From positions 127,100,001 to 127,164,000 of the forward strand of contig OX597818.1 of the NCBI GenBank assembly GCA_951406725.2: a stretch of 64,000 nucleotides of DNA, given 5' to 3'. The notes under the pieces are model-generated. The model was not told the DNA's origin. It saw only the letters and a list, made by a program, of their open reading frames with translations, and did not search any database. Of the stretch, positions 24,375 to 37,116 are shown piece after piece; position 1 is the stretch's first letter; every line of letters starts with the position of its first letter. This stretch comes from Octopus vulgaris (lineage: Eukaryota). Position numbers and translations under genes: made by a program.

Positions 24375-25200
24375 CCTTTTTTGTATCACCTAGTTGTCCG
24401 GATGTTTTGCGTTCTTGTCCCATTTTGTATTTTATTTTATATCTATATATCTATAGCGGCGTACGTACACATTGTTCTCTTATATGTAAGTACACATTTC
24501 ACTAAATATTGTACGACTTTTTCAACACTTTCTCCCCACCTCTCTTAAAATTCTTTGCCTTTCTTACTCACTTTGCACTTAACTATGTCCCTGTCTTCCT
24601 TTTTTTCTCGCCACTCCTTGATTCTTCAATCTATCAACTTCTACACACTCTGTCTCGCTCTCTATCTCTCTCTCTCTCTTTTCCCCTCCTCAATTCCTTT
24701 GTTCCTCTTTTTCTCTTCTCTTCTCTTCACACGTGACCGTTGGCCGACTGCTAGTCCTTTTGCGTTTGACCTTGGTCACTGCCACATCGATATTCTTCCC
24801 TCTGTCGTGAGGCTTCATTTCCATACATACCAGCTGAATTCAATTCGTCCCCAGTCGAAAGACGCCTGTTGTTATGTCCTGTTATTATTATTATTGCATT
24901 TATGTATTCATATTCGTGTAACATTGTCTGTTTTTCCGTCCTTTTTTCGTATACATTCGATGCTTTTTTTCCAAGGAATCTAATGCTCTTAGCTTAGTTT
25001 TTCCTTGGGGCTGGCCAGATTGGAGCAATCTCAAGATTAATCAGCCGAAATTGCGAGGATGATCCGGTTCTTGACTGAAGATAAAAGGCTTCGAATGAGC
25101 CGTCCGTGTCTTTTTTGTATCGTCTATCTGGATATTTTGCTGTCCCTTTTTGTATCACCAAGTTGTCCAGATGTTTTGCGTTCTTGTCCCATTTTGTAGT
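24368..25200. mobile_element. Family D unit with direct terminal redundancy (partial tandem) in (TA)n
   Basis: 24368-24430 recurs at 25137-25200; body matches 8810-9310 and the reverse complement of 32105-32375. Confidence 0.7.
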
Positions 25201-25201
25201 T

Positions 25202-25257
<56 letters not shown>

Positions 25258-25260
<3 letters not shown>

Positions 25261-25570
25261 GTATGAGGTGCTGTTCAGACCAAGGGCAATATTGAAGAGC
25301 CAGGGGCATTTATCGCAGAGGAGATTTGGTGAAGGACGAAATGCAGGCTACTTTTTGAGTGTTCGACAAGTTATATCTGCTTCTTGACACCTGTTATTTT
25401 CTATCACGTCTCTTCCTCGACGATGACATGCCACGAATTTGGGCAGTCCTTGGTGATTGTCTCCCAGGTGTTTTGGTCAGTGGAGAAGTGGAAGATAGTG
25501 AACTTGGACTGATCTCGAAAATGGAATTTTGGGACTTCAGCGTGATCTGGTGCCTGAGCCAACTCCGCAA
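25258..25570 (-). mobile_element. RTE LINE 3' end fragment
   Basis: Minus: PKFHFRDQ...DQNTWETI..DC..W, then LCDKCPWLFNIALGLNS (frameshifted C2H2-like terminus). Confidence 0.65.
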
Positions 25571-25574
25571 AGAG

Positions 25575-25790
25575 TATGCGAGGGGTTGCTGAAAAGTTTC
25601 TGGCCTTGGGTAAAAGAAAATAGAGGAGGATCAGTTAATTATGATTTTATTCAACATATTCCCCTCTCAGATTCACACACTTATTGCGGCAGTCCTTCGG
25701 TTTTTCTAAGACCTGTAAAAGAATTCGGAAGGCTGGGACATCAAACCTTCTTAATATTTGAAACCGCAACTCAACTTTTCGAAGATATGA
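25575..25790. mobile_element. Mariner-type terminal fragment / MITE
   Basis: CGAGGGGTTGCTGAAAAGTTTCTGGC resembles a mariner TIR; followed by TTTTATTCAACATATTCCCCTCTCAGATTCACACACTT. Confidence 0.55.
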
Positions 25791-26545
25791 TTTTAAACAA
25801 GAGACTTTGATATCGGTTTCAAATTTTCGCACAAGACCAGTAAATTCGTGGGAGTAGGAAAGTCGATTACATCGACCCCATTGCTTAATTTGTACTTAAT
25901 TTATCGTTCCAGGTCGCACCAAATGCAAAGTCAATCTCGGTGTAACCCACTTTCTTCGTTCAAAAACAGGGAAAAAAATGAAGTGTACGAGTTTGAGTGG
26001 GATCATCGGCACTTAAAGGATAGGGACTCTAAATATGATATTTATTAAATGGGCGATTGTTAGTAGCGCTTCGCCATATACTATAGAGAAATCGAAACTT
26101 GAAATATTCCACACCTTTACCTCTAATTGCATAACATTAAATCGTAGAAACGGATTACTAATCAAATGCGCTGATGATTCATTGAGGAAAGTAATTTAAC
26201 TACTTTCCAGATAACGATGTTAATTAGAAATCACATAGCTGGAAGTGCACATGAGTTAATCTAGCCCAATAATTACAAACTTATTTTAGTTAGATTTCAA
26301 CAAATTCACACTAAACTCCACATTTATTGGGAAGGTTTGTGAGTTGTGACAAAATAGGATTAGAATTTCAACTTACATTATTCATTTCAATTAATATTAG
26401 ACTCTTAATGTTAAAAGAAAATGTATAAAAATTTATTGATATGGAGAGGTCTGATTACCCAAATTGAAACGATATAATTTCCTCTTTCTTTCGATTTCTT
26501 TTAAATCTGTCCATTTCTCTTATACGATATGATATTATGCTCATA

Positions 26546-26930
26546 GGCGTAGGAGTGGCTGTAGGGTAAGTAGCTTACTTACGAACCACATCGTTCCGGG
26601 TTCAGTCCCACTGCGTGGCACCTTGGGCAGATGTCTTCTACTATAGCTTCAGGCCAACCAAAGCCTTGTGAATGGATTTGGCAGACGGAAACTGAAAGAA
26701 GCTCGTCGTATATATGTTTATATGTGTGTGTATGTGTGTGTGTGTGTGTGTATACGTATGTGTGCGTATATGTTTGTGTGTCTGTGTTTACGTCCCCGTA
26801 ATTTAGCAGTTCGGCAAAATAGGCCGATAGAATAAGTCCTGGGTTCGATTTACTCGACTAAAGGCGATGCTTCAGCATGGCCACAGTCACATGACTGAAA
26901 CAAATATAAGAGTAAAAGAGAGTGAAAGAG
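26546..26930 (+). mobile_element. SINE family A
   Basis: Full head-to-tail match. Confidence 0.93.
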
Positions 26931-26966
26931 TATTATGAGCGATCAGTGATGTGAACGGATCCTGAC

Positions 26967-27619
26967 TTAATCACCCTGCGCGCGTAAGCGAAAGCAGGGT
27001 ATTGTGTTCACTTGTCTTTGTTTGCAAAATTACTAGAACGGCTGAACAGATTTTCACCACATTTGGCAAAAATGCTCATTGGGTGAGTGGCTCGAAATGA
27101 TGAACGTTTAGTTTGATTATTTAGAAAAATATTTTTTTCTTTAAATCAAACTTACGAATTTCCCGATAAGCAAGTGGTCATATTTTGTTCACTTTCTTTT
27201 TCATATGAATCGAACCCCGTCTGCATGTTTATAGATCATGTTTTACCTATGCGCGTAGATCCGTGTGGATACATACATGCATACATACATACATACATAC
27301 ATACATACATACATACATACATACGTGCATACATACATACATACGTACATACATACATACATACATACATACATACATACATGCCTACATGCCTACATAC
27401 ACACATAGATACATACGTGCATACATACATACGTGCATACATACATACATACATACATACATACATACATACATACATACATACATACATACATACATAC
27501 ATACATACATACATACATTCCTACATACATACATACATACATACATACATACATACATACATACATACATAGAGAAATACATACATAGATATGGGGCTCT
27601 GTGTAATGTGTGTGCGCGT

Positions 27620-27661
<42 letters not shown>

Positions 27662-27890
27662 GTGTGTGTGTGTGTGTACAGTGATGGATTCGAGGGTTTC
27701 GTTTATTTACGAGTTGATTTCTTAATTTCACCAGAGTATAAATACTTATAATGTTGATACTTAAAAGCACAAAATTAATTCAATTCAATTGAAAAGCATG
27801 ATTAAGCAACGCATTGTAAGCTACTCTAAAATTTGTGAAAAAATTTGTCTGCGCGCAGGTGTATGCATCGCCCCGCCGATGGCTTATTTT
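26967..27890 (+). mobile_element. Probable Helentron-associated (HINE/DINE-like) non-autonomous element with expanded microsatellites
   Basis: 5' ACCCTGCGCGCG..GCAGGGT hairpin and GGCTGAACAGATTTTCACCACATTTGG core; 3' GCGCGCAGGTGT inverted match plus CATCG..CGATG stem; internal (CATA)n and (TG)n. Confidence 0.5.
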
Positions 27891-28130
27891 ATACTCTTTT
27901 ACTCTTTACTCTTTTACTCTTTTACTTGTTTCAGTCATTTGACTGCGGCCATGCTGGAGCACCACCTTTAGTCGGGACAAATCGACCCCGGGACTTATTC
28001 TTTGTAAGCCTAGTACTTATTCTATCGGTCTCTTTTGCCGAACCGCTAAGTAACGGGGACATAAACACACCAGCATAGGTTGCCAGGCAATGTTAGGGGG
28101 ACAAACACAGACACACAGACACACACACAC

Positions 28131-28163
<33 letters not shown>

Positions 28164-28336
28164 CATATATACGACAGGCTTCTTTCAGTTTCCCTCTACC
28201 AAATCCACTCACAAGGTTTTCGGTCGGCCCGAGGCTATAGTAGAAGACACTTACCCAAGGTGCCACGCAGTGGGACTGAACCCGGAACCATGTGGTTGGT
28301 TAGCAAGCTACTTACCACACAGCCACTCCTGCGCCT
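27891..28336 (-). mobile_element. SINE family A, full length
   Basis: (TACTCTTT)n tail through GCCACTCCTGCGCC head. Confidence 0.95.
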
Positions 28337-28806
28337 AAATATATATATATTTTTTTTCATTATTTTTTTTTTCCACAACTAAGTGCATAAATTACTCTAT
28401 TCCCTTAATATCTAAAAAGGTCATTCTAAGTTTAGGTGATAGCAGAACTAAAGTCATATCGTATTTCAGTTTTACTGCTATGTACCTAGAATATACTTTG
28501 AGATGATTTATTACTCGTATCCTCAGTTCGCTTCACCCACCCGATTGAGTAAAACATTGAAGAAAGCTGCATAGGAAATATCTACTGTTGATGAATTTGT
28601 ACTACAACTGAATCAACTAAATGCATGTAAATGTTACATCATTATTCTCATTTAATTTAATGGGACTAATATTGTTATAATTTTAGAAGATGTATAATTC
28701 TAGTTTTTTTTTCTTTCCTTTTTTGTCGTGATTATATACACTATATGCTGTTTGAAATTCAACGAAGTGAACTCAGAATTTACTATCGAATGAAGTACCG
28801 TCTAAA

Positions 28807-29220
28807 TACTCTTTTACTCTTTTACTTGTTTCAGTCATGTGACTGTGACCATGCTGGAGCACCGCCTTTTAGTCAATCAAATTGACCCCAGGTCTTATTC
28901 TTTGTAAGCCTAGTACTTATATTATCGGTCTCTTTTTGCCGAACCGCTAAGTTACGGGGACGTAAACACACCAGCATCGGTTGTCAAGCGATGTTGGGGG
29001 GAAAAACACAGACACACAAACACGCACATACACACATATATATATATACATATATACGACGGGCTTCTTTCAGTTTCCGTCTACCAAATCCACTCACAAG
29101 GCTTTGGTCGGCCCGAGTCTATAGTAGAAGACACTTACCCAAGGTGCCACGCAGTGGGACTGAATCCGGAACCATGTGGTTCGTAAGCAAGCTACTTACC
29201 ACACAGCCACTCCTGCGTCT
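28807..29220 (-). mobile_element. SINE family A, full length
   Basis: Same head, body and tail as 27891-28336. Confidence 0.95.
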
Positions 29221-29377
29221 ATGTTTATGTTAATTCTGTATGTTCCCAATCATTCGATGCGGTTAGCCAGATCAAGATTATATCAGAGTCCTAGTACGAC
29301 ATCTGCCCGGATTCCAAATCCCTGTTCCTTTGTTGTGTGTGTGTGTGTGTATCTGTCTGTCTGTCTATATGATAATA

Positions 29378-29773
29378 CCTTTATATATAAAAGTGAAGTT
29401 GTGTGTCTGTCTCCTACGATTTAGATTCCTAACTACTCCCACATTTTGCGGTGCAGTTTAACCAAAACCGGGTATCTTATAGTCGTGATTCATATCGAGC
29501 CCTTCTGGGTATTAGCGCGCGTCTACGATGAGTCTACGATTTAAAAAAAAATTACCATCATTTTTTCCATTTTAATGCATTTTTTCGCTATTATATAAGG
29601 GAAGTAACTCTCTAAAAATGTCTACGATGAGTCAACGATTTAAAAAAAAATTACCATCATTTTTTATTCCATTTTTAATGCATTTTTCTGCTATTTTTTT
29701 GCTATAACTCACTAAAAATGCTTATATAGTTATTTCCCTTACAAACTCGAGCAACGCCGGGCGATACTGCTAG
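29378..29773 (+). mobile_element. Non-autonomous Helitron
   Basis: Near-identical to 62752-63148; 3' hairpin plus CTAG; sits between A and T; internal ~95-bp duplication (GTCTACGATGAGTC...). Confidence 0.88.
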
Positions 29774-30339
29774 TTTGTACTAAAACTAAATGTACCCTTG
29801 CGAGTTTAGTTACAATGATGTTATGATAATGACGATGAAGGACATCTTGTTGATGATGAAAATGATGAAGAGGAGGATCGTCGTCATGATGATGGTGGCA
29901 GTGATGTTGGTGGTGGTGGTGGTATTGATGGAGGAAAGGGCGGAAGAATTGTGAAAGAGAGACGTTCTTATTACACTTCCCTTATTTTAATTTATTCATA
30001 TATATTTTGTTGTTTTGTGTTTTTGTTTCGTTTCCTTTTATGGTAGTGTCTGCTTTTGCTTTTATTTCATTCCACATCAAAAATGGTATTTTGTCTAATT
30101 TCGTTATTCGTCCACCTGGGGGCGTTGGCAGTTTCGTTTGAAATAATTTAAATTGTTCATAATAAGCCAACGTGAATAATTTACAAGTTTTTTTTTTCAT
30201 TATTTTATACTTTTTTTTCCTTTCATTTTTGGTTTCACATTCCAACGACAAAAAAAAAACGAAATAAAAAGTAAAATAAGCAAAATATAAACACACGTAA
30301 TGTATTTTTGAAATTTATTTATGTATAAATCAGGAACTA

Positions 30340-30377
30340 CCATCATTATCATTACGATTATTATCATTACGATTATA

Positions 30378-30434
<57 letters not shown>

Positions 30435-30767
30435 ATCATTATTATTATTATTAAAGTAGTAAATATTGTTATAATTATTGTTAGCATTATCATTATTATA
30501 TTAATGTCACCATCATCATCATCATTATCATCATAGATATAATAATTATAATTAATACTAGTCCAAGATTTTCAGCTTGAGCTCTTGTCTGTTTGTTGGG
30601 TTTTTTTCCTCATTTAGTTACTGTCAATGTTTCGTATGCATGGACAATATTGTTATTGGTGTTCTTATTGTAATTACAATTTTTTTGCTTTGTTTTATGC
30701 CGCATGACTAGATTAAGCTTTATATTTTCATGTTCTCTTTAAAATTTCATATTTTATTTATTTATCA

Positions 30768-30829
<62 letters not shown>

Positions 30830-30854
30830 CGTTATTATTATTATTATTATTATC

Positions 30855-30892
<38 letters not shown>

Positions 30893-30900
30893 CATTATTA
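30340..30900. repeat. (ATT)n microsatellite blocks
   Basis: Runs at 30340-30550 and 30768-30900. Confidence 0.9.
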
Positions 30901-30914
30901 GTAGTAGTTTTGTT

Positions 30915-31115
30915 AAGGTGGCGTGCTGGCAGAATTGTTAGCACACCGAGCAAAATGCTTCGAGGCCATTTCGCCCGCCTTTACGTTCTGAGTTCAAATT
31001 CCGCCGAGGTCGACTTTGCCTTTCATCCTTTCGATAAAATAAGTGCTAGTTGAACACTAGTGTCGATGCAATCGATTTAAACACCTCCGCCATGCCAAAA
31101 TCCGAAACCGTTATT
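30915..31115 (+). mobile_element. SINE family C
   Basis: AAGGTGGCGTGCTGGCAGAATTGTTAGCAC... head and body match. Confidence 0.88.
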
Positions 31116-31227
31116 ATAATTATTCTGTTAGTTTATTTTGAATTTACCGATACACTTATTAATATGCCATTCCATCTTCATCATCGTTCCCATCATCATC
31201 ATCATTAACATCATTATCATCATTAAC

Positions 31228-31367
31228 AGATCACTGGTAACGTCGTCATCATTTTTTGACATCACATGATCATTATAACAACAATTGGCACTAACATATT
31301 TATCGCCCTATTCACTATCACCGTTACACCCATCTCCAGCCTACACCTCCTACTCCTCCTCTTCCTT

Positions 31368-31399
<32 letters not shown>

Positions 31400-31808
31400 T
31401 ATCATCGTCATCGTCGTTTTCATCACTATTCTCCCTGTCACCATAGCCATCGTCATCACCTCCGTCATCATCTACAGCCAATGTGATAACAGCAATAGTA
31501 GGCAAAGAAAATCACAAACAGAAACCACGATGTCCACCACCACCACCACCTCCACAATAGCAAACAACAACACATTCTTGATGAAAAAGAAGTAGTGATA
31601 GCAAGGAATTTTCTTTTCAATGTATCCAATATCAAAACAAATGTAAATACAAGACAAAGAGAATATATATGGAAACAAAATATAAACGACACAACATGCA
31701 ACAAGCAAAACGGTAAACATCAAATAATTGAGAGAATTAACAAAAATAAAATAAGCGTTTAAATAACATTTTTTACATGTTTCAGTACTTATATATATGA
31801 CGATGATA

Positions 31809-31855
<47 letters not shown>

Positions 31856-31986
31856 AAGAAAGAGGAGGAGTAGGAGGTGTAGGCTGGAGATGGGTGTAAC
31901 GGTGATAGTGAATAGGGCGATAAATATGTTAGTGTCAATTGTTGACATGTGATGTCAAAAAATGATGACGACATTACCAGTGATCT
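31228..31986. repeat. Inverted duplication, ~180-bp arms, ~390-bp spacer
   Basis: 31228-31410 is a close reverse complement of 31800-31986. Confidence 0.9.
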
Positions 31987-32028
31987 TAAATCTAATTTTT
32001 CCCTGTAAGTTTGGATTTATTCCCTAAT

Positions 32029-32102
<74 letters not shown>

Positions 32103-32104
32103 AA

Positions 32105-32392
32105 CAATACAAGAATGGGACAAGAACGCAAAACATCCAAACAGTTAGGTGATACAAAAAAGGGGACAACAAAATATCCAGACGGATGATACAAAGAAAA
32201 CAAGGATGGGTCATTCGGAAATTTTCTTTCCTCAGTCGAGTTCCAGATTATCTTTGCAATTTCGGCTGGTTATACTCGAGATTGCTCCAATCTGGCTAAC
32301 CCCAAGGAAAAACTAAGCTAAGAACACTAGATTCCTTGGAAAAAAGCAGCAATTGTATACGAAAACAAGGACGGAAGAGCGGGAAAATTTGG
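32105..32392. mobile_element. Family D fragment in (TA)n, opposite orientation to 24368-25200
   Basis: Reverse complement of ~24930-25200. Confidence 0.75.
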
Positions 32393-32405
32393 GCATGTAT
32401 GTATG

Positions 32406-32520
<115 letters not shown>

Positions 32521-32812
32521 GTGGTGACGCAATGGCACAGTGGTCAGGGCAGCGGACTCGCGGTCGTAGGATCGCGGTTTCGATTCCCAAACCGGGCTTT
32601 GTGAGTGTTTATTGATCGAAAGCGCCTAAAGCTCCACGACGCTCCGGCAGGGAGTGGTGGCGATCCCTGCTGTACTCTTTCGCCACAACTTTCTCTCACT
32701 CTTTCTTCTGTTGGCCTACTTGCTTAGCCAGCGGGGTGGAGTCATTTGAAGGCATTGTGACCAGCGATGTGTAGCAACATCTGACAGCCTGGTTGATATA
32801 TATGTCACGGTG
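32521..32812 (+). mobile_element. SINE family B1 (tRNA-Arg-like head, possibly octopus OR type)
   Basis: TGGCACAGTGG A-box, GGAC-TCG-CGGTC anticodon-like loop, GGTTTCGATTCCC B-box; ATATATACAT target duplication. Confidence 0.9.
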
Positions 32813-32845
32813 ATATATACATATGAACCTAAAAGTTTATGCATT

Positions 32846-33108
32846 CGCAGGAGTGGCTGTGTGGTAAGTAGCTTGCTAACCAACCACATGGTTCCGGGTT
32901 CAGACCCGGGCAAGTGACTTCTGCTATAGCCTCGGATGAGTGGATTTGGTAGACGAAAACTGAAAGAAGCCTGTCGTATATATATAAATATATATATGTA
33001 TGTGTATGTATATGTTTGTGTGTCTGTGTTTGTCCCTCTAGCATTGCTTGACAACCGATGCTGGTGTTTTTACGTCCCCGTCACTTAGCGGTTCAGCAAA
33101 AGAGACCG
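32846..33108 (+). mobile_element. SINE family A with internal deletions
   Basis: Intact head; body match with gaps. Confidence 0.9.
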
Positions 33109-33627
33109 TACCAATTTGTAGTTACATTTTGTTGCTGATAATATTGATTGTTGTTTGTTCTTTGTTTTACAATTTAACAAACATCACATTGATTTTAAAT
33201 CCGTATCCAGAGCGAACGCTTGATTTCAACAAAAAAAAAAGAAAAGAAAAACGATTTGGGAGTGTACACCACAATATTTGTGCGAATCTATACGTGATAG
33301 CATGTGGGAGTGTATATGTGCTGTGGAATTCGACCGGGGAAAGCTAAAGAGGTGATCTTACCGATATTTTTATGAACTTTTTGAAAACTACAATATTATA
33401 GACATTCACATTCCCACAGGCGCACACGCAAGCGCACACATACGCACATATCATGCATATGTGTGTTTGTATGTGTGTGTGTGTGTAGGTGTCTACGTGT
33501 GTGTGAGCGCGCATTTGCATGTGTGTGCCCGAGTGTGTTTGTATGTTTCCGTAGTTATTAATGCATATATTATGTGTGCATACGTCCAAACACAGAGATA
33601 TATATGTGTATAAACATACACATACGT

Positions 33628-33659
<32 letters not shown>

Positions 33660-33839
33660 ATATATATATATATATATATATATATTCAAATATGTATATA
33701 TGTGTGTGATATATATGTATGTGTGTTCATATTTTTTATTGATACACGCTCATATATTTGTGTGTGTGCTAGTGTGCACATGTGTCTGTGCGTGTGTACT
33801 TATCCAGATCTGATTTTTCCGTGTGTGCGTGTGTGTGAT

Positions 33840-33901
<62 letters not shown>

Positions 33902-34081
33902 TGTGTCTGTGTCTGTGTGTGTATGTGTGTGTGTGTGTGTAAATGTAATGTATATGTATCGTAACATTCTTGGCCAGATAGCAAATCTCGATGTTGTCCA
34001 AGTTGTTTTAGCAGTTTGGATACCGTTGCAGTTTTCACAGACATATTCACGTTACCTAGTCACGAGAAGGTGTGTGTGTGG

Positions 34082-34131
<50 letters not shown>

Positions 34132-34889
34132 TTGTATACATGTCTGTGAGCGTATGCGTATATTTGTTTACCGAAATGTGTATGTGTGTGTTCATATGCA
34201 TTTTGTATTAATGTATATGTGTGTGAGGGTGTGTGTTTGCGTATACATGTGTTTGAGCGTATGCGTGTATTTGCATGCCAAAACACGTATATGTGCGAGT
34301 GTATTCGTAGGCTTTGTTGTAAGTGCGTGTGTAGATTGTGTGTTTGTGTGTGTGTGTTTGGGTTTATATTTGCGTCTATGATTGTGTGTACGTATCTAGC
34401 AAGTTTCCATTAAATCCTTTTAGAGGACTATGTTGGATGGAAATGAAGGAAAGATAGAGGAAATACATAGGAATGGGATCTGCAGGGAGACGTATGTGAC
34501 AAAGAGAAGTAAAAGACCCGAAGTGCTGATGCCAACCATCCACTCTACAGAAACAAAGAATTCAAAGGTAAAAATACGAACAAAATATCCACTCAGTTTG
34601 AAATTTCCGATCAGTAAGAGATCTCAATTTAAACATCCATGTTTAAATAAATTCGGGTTAAATTTTTAGGAAGGTTTGATAATCAGGAATGAGCAACTCC
34701 TTGAAAAATTTTAGATATCATATCGACTGATACAAGGACTCATTTTGATAAGCGTGTTATTGTTTGTCCAAGACACCTACACGCAAGTACGCATGCATAC
34801 ACAAACACACACACACATACATACACATGTATATATATATAATAAATTAATAAATAAATAAAACATATGCATATATACATGCATATATG

Positions 34890-35065
34890 GGTACAGGACA
34901 CCCAAAAAAATAAACGTCGAACGCAATAAGAAACGAAAACATAAACACAAAACTAAGGAAATGGACATTTTTTTAAACAACGAAAAATAGAGTACAGAAC
35001 ATACAAAACAAGGAAAATTCCCCTTCTTCAGTCGCCTTAATTTCATCTACTCCACGTTTCGAAGG

Positions 35066-35068
<3 letters not shown>
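34890..35068 (-). mobile_element. Unclassified (TA)n-adjacent repeat terminus, possibly Penelope-like
   Basis: Minus strand starts TGACCTTC-GAAACGTG-GAGTAG directly after a TA run, then a T-rich tail. Confidence 0.4.
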
Positions 35069-35153
<85 letters not shown>

Positions 35154-35208
35154 GTGTGTGTGTGTGTGTGTTTGTGTGTGTGTATGTATACATGCATATA
35201 CGCATATA

Positions 35209-35373
35209 GGCGCAGGTGTGGGCGTGTAGTAAGAAGCTTGCTTCCTAACCATATGGTTCCGCGTTCACTCCCACTGCGTAGCACTTTCGGCAAGTGTCTT
35301 CTACTATCGCCTCAAGCCGACCAAATTGTCGTGAGTGAATTTGGTAGAAGCCCATCGTATATATATATAGAAT

Positions 35374-35471
<98 letters not shown>

Positions 35472-35655
35472 CAGATAGATAGATAGATATAGATAGAGAG
35501 AGAGAGATATACACACGATGGGCTTCTTTCAGTTTCCGTCTACCAAATCCACTCACAAGGCTTTGGTCGACCCGAAGCTATAGTAGAAGACACTTACCCA
35601 ATGTGCCACGCAATCGGACTGAACTCAGAACTTTGTGGTTGGTGAGCAAGCTACT
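35209..35655. mobile_element. Inverted pair of family A 5' halves around (GATA)n
   Basis: 35209-35360 plus; 35515-35655 minus. Confidence 0.85.
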
Positions 35656-35825
35656 TTATTTCATAAAAATTTACCAAAAAGGCATTACAAAGTGTAGCTG
35701 CGGGCTGGACATATACATTGATGAGGTGAATGATGAAATAAGGATGATATTGATGAGAGAAGACAAAAACGCCCGCCTACTTTCTACTTCTCTAAAACAT
35801 TGTTCTTTTTTTTTAACAGAATAAA

Positions 35826-36195
35826 CAACGCAAGGTATTGAACCTCTCACAACAGTTTTTACAATTTTTGGACTTAATAATCCCTTACAAATATTAAGAT
35901 GCAAAAATTATTCAATATACAATCAGCACTAGTCCATTTACAAAAGAGGTGCTGGGCCTCTTACACTTTATAACACTCAGGCTTTTCAGCCTCTTGTCTA
36001 TTTTTCACCTCAACGAGGTATTGAACATCTTACTACAGTTCTTACAATTATTAGACTTAATAGTCAATAGCATGCAATAATATGTAATGAAATATTCAAT
36101 ATACAATCAACACTAGTCCATTTACAAATGAGGCGCTGAGCCTCTTACACATTATAACACTGAGGTTTTTCAACTTCTTGTCAATTTACCACCTC
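35826..36195. repeat. Two diverged tandem copies of a ~185-bp unit
   Basis: AGGTATTGAAC...TATTCAATATACAATCA.CACTAGTCCATTTACAAA...CCTCTTACAC occurs twice. Confidence 0.85.
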
Positions 36196-36542
36196 ATAAT
36201 CGCTTGTGTCCGTGTACTCCGCCATAACCCATGCTTCGTTTAAAATCACAGCGGGGTCCGAGTTGGTGTTACCCGGCCACGAGCGATATTCCTCTTTTAG
36301 TCCGTCCAGCATCACAAACAGGCGCAACGTTATGACCTCCACAGCTATCTGCGAAGGCCATTCGGGGTCCTGTGTGAAGGCCAGAGGTATTCCCTTGTAG
36401 TGTTCTTTCACTATCTTTTCCACCTCTCCGGTTCACTTTTTATCCTTTTTAGACGTTGACGTTATTTATGACGTAGGAAATTTACTAAGTATCAGAAACA
36501 TTGTAGTATTTGAATCCTGAGCAACACCGGGTATTTCTGCAA

Positions 36543-36582
<40 letters not shown>

Positions 36583-36587
36583 CGAGA

Positions 36588-36625
<38 letters not shown>

Positions 36626-37116
36626 AAAAGGGATAAGTTATCTTGGCGGATTCCAGATTATCTTTCATATTGGCTTAGATGCCCGCTATCCTCAGCGATC
36701 CATTATATAGTACTCAAGCTTAGCTTAGAAAAAGATTGTGGTACTGTAAGACTTCACTTCTGTGTTCCTATTCAGAACTGCAAATATTCCGTAGACTATT
36801 CAATAACGTTGATAACGAATTGACAGTGGAGATTTTATTCATATCCGAAAACTTCTTTATTTAAAAGTTTTCTACAGCATACACATCTGACCTACACGTG
36901 TTTCGAGAAAACGTATGTTTTCTCAAGTGTTAGAGCCCGTTCCTGTCTTGTGTTTATAAGAGTAAATTTAGAATATACGTTTAAACATTTTAAATAAACA
37001 CAACTCACAATCTATAGCAATACTGATTATGATAATAAATGATATTTATAATAATAATAATACTAATAACAATTACATTTTAAAATGTTTGACGTAGCTC
37101 TTCACAAAGGTAAATA

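Noticed and set aside
26171-26195. CTGATGA-TTCATTGAG-GAAA as a hammerhead
   Set aside because: Weak stem II, no credible stem III or stem I; CTGATGA at 52841, 23349 and 48879 likewise unsupported.
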